Source: Minisyncoccota bacterium
GTDB taxonomy: Bacteria > Patescibacteriota > Minisyncoccia > Phycocordibacterales > UBA2100
Length of the DNA stretch: 64,000 bases
NCBI GenBank assembly: GCA_035708165.1
Contig: DASSSZ010000005.1
Coordinates: forward strand, 40,719 to 104,718
Direction of reading: 5' to 3'
Shown here: positions 63,385 through 64,000 of the stretch, piece by piece
How positions within the stretch are numbered: the first letter of the stretch is position 1
Layout of the letters: every line of letters starts with the position of its first letter
Program-made: the position numbers and the translations under genes
The notes under the pieces: model-generated
What the model saw: only the letters and a program-made list of their open reading frames with translations
What the model was told of the DNA's origin: nothing
Databases searched by the model: none

Positions 63385-64000
63385 ATGAATCCTAGCGATC
63401 GCGAACATCGGAAGATCTACTCATCCCCGCCGGATACGCTCGGGAAGCTCTCCGGCGCGACGCGCCATGGGCATGAGTACATCAAGATCTGCGCCTCCGG
63501 CGCAGCCGAGACAGGGCACTGCGGGCTCGATGTCGTCGAGCTCGGCAAGGAGGTCGGCCGTGCGGTCGCAGATAACGATGCGGTCCTGACGAGCGGCGCT
63601 ACGACCGGCTTCCCGCTCTATGCGGCGATGGGCGTGAAGGAGAATTGCGGCTTCTCGATCGGCTTCTCGCCGGCCTCGACCGAGCGCGAGCACGTAGAAA
63701 CTTATCAGCTCCCGCTCGATTACATGGATGTGATCGTTTACACCGGGTTCGGCTATCCGGGCCGCGATCTCATGCTCACGCGCTCCTCCGATGCCGTCGT
63801 TATCGGCTGCGGCCGCATCGGCACGTTCCACGAATTCACGATCGCGTTCGAGGATCGGAAGCCGATCGGCGTCCTCGAAGGGTCGTGGGAGACCGACGAG
63901 CTCATCAGGCAGATCCTCGCGGCGAGCCACAGGCCAAATGATAAGATCATCTTCGATTCGGATCCGAAAGCGCTCGTGGAGCGGCTGATCGAGATGGTGA
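63385..64000 (+). CDS. LOG/TIGR00725-family Rossmann-fold protein (3' end outside window)
   Basis: The open frame runs from the ATG at 63385 to the window end with no stop, so it is absent from the ORF track. ICASGAAETGHCG … DAVVIGCGRIGTFHEF pattern. A TATACT -10 lies upstream. Confidence 0.5.
   Translation, partial: MNPSDREHRKIYSSPPDTLGKLSGATRHGHEYIKICASGAAETGHCGLDVVELGKEVGRAVADNDAVLTSGATTGFPLYAAMGVKENCGFSIGFSPASTEREHVETYQLPLDYMDVIVYTGFGYPGRDLMLTRSSDAVVIGCGRIGTFHEFTIAFEDRKPIGVLEGSWETDELIRQILAASHRPNDKIIFDSDPKALVERLIEMV

Noticed and set aside
63421-63950. Minus-strand ORFs overlapping the 3'-edge LOG-family gene
   Set aside because: The plus-strand frame from 63385 is open to the window end with a family-typical motif pattern. 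The minus ORFs are shadow ORFs.
1-64000. CRISPR arrays, rRNA and tRNA genes
   Set aside because: No regularly spaced direct repeats of CRISPR size were seen. No GGTTCGAATCC-type T-loop motifs or cloverleaf candidates were found in the intergenic regions I inspected, and no rRNA-like conserved stretches. None reported.

Overview
The window is high-GC, roughly 65-70% by eye, and gene-dense. Overlapping start/stop codons (ATGA junctions) mark operons. Many antisense ORFs in the track are artefacts of the GC bias.

Gene content in order:
- (1) The 3' end of a VirB4/TraC-like type-IV-secretion ATPase, followed by membrane and secreted proteins. These include a VirB2/TrbC-like pilin-type module fused to a Cys-rich repeat domain, and a ~1066-aa secreted alpha/beta-hydrolase (GHSYG lipase motif).
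- (2) A low-GC island at ~8.6-10.35 kb with tandem paralogous small membrane-protein cassettes, each flanked by a conserved ~70-bp element.
- (3) A type IV pilus / competence-type operon: pilB, pilC and three pilin-like genes with GxTxI[ED] prepilin N-termini.
- (4) Housekeeping genes tpiA, pgk, HIT, recJ, rnhA, mscL and sod, plus a ComEC gene that appears split into a channel domain and a separate metallo-beta-lactamase domain.
- (5) Small secreted Cys/His-rich proteins, one carrying two CXXCH motifs.
- (6) rpmB, a site-2 protease, and rpsL-rpsG. The canonical str operon is broken: fusA and tuf lie kilobases downstream, separated by accessory modules.
- (7) A CsgG-like lipoprotein next to a curlin-repeat-like secreted protein.
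- (8) A ~8-kb cluster between fusA and tuf. It contains a tail-fibre-like protein with a C-terminal S74-type intramolecular-chaperone domain, glycine-rich-domain proteins, a DsbA-like CxxC protein, a Cys-rich secreted protein, and mosaic paralogs sharing near-identical N-terminal DNA blocks.
- (9) The S10-spc ribosomal cluster runs rpsJ through secY. It lacks L30 and has a type-Z S14. Three unusually large internal intergenic gaps each carry a promoter-like site, a hairpin plus U-tract leader, and/or an inserted ORF.
- (10) cmk-like, adk, map, an ndk with an insertion, a beta-CASP ribonuclease, and a partial LOG/TIGR00725-family gene at the 3' edge.

No rRNA, tRNA or CRISPR array was detected by eye. 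The combination of T4SS ATPase, T4P, ComEC and surface/tail-fibre proteins, no L30, a type-Z S14 and split genes is reminiscent of reduced-genome episymbiotic lineages (CPR/Patescibacteria-like). This window alone cannot establish lineage.
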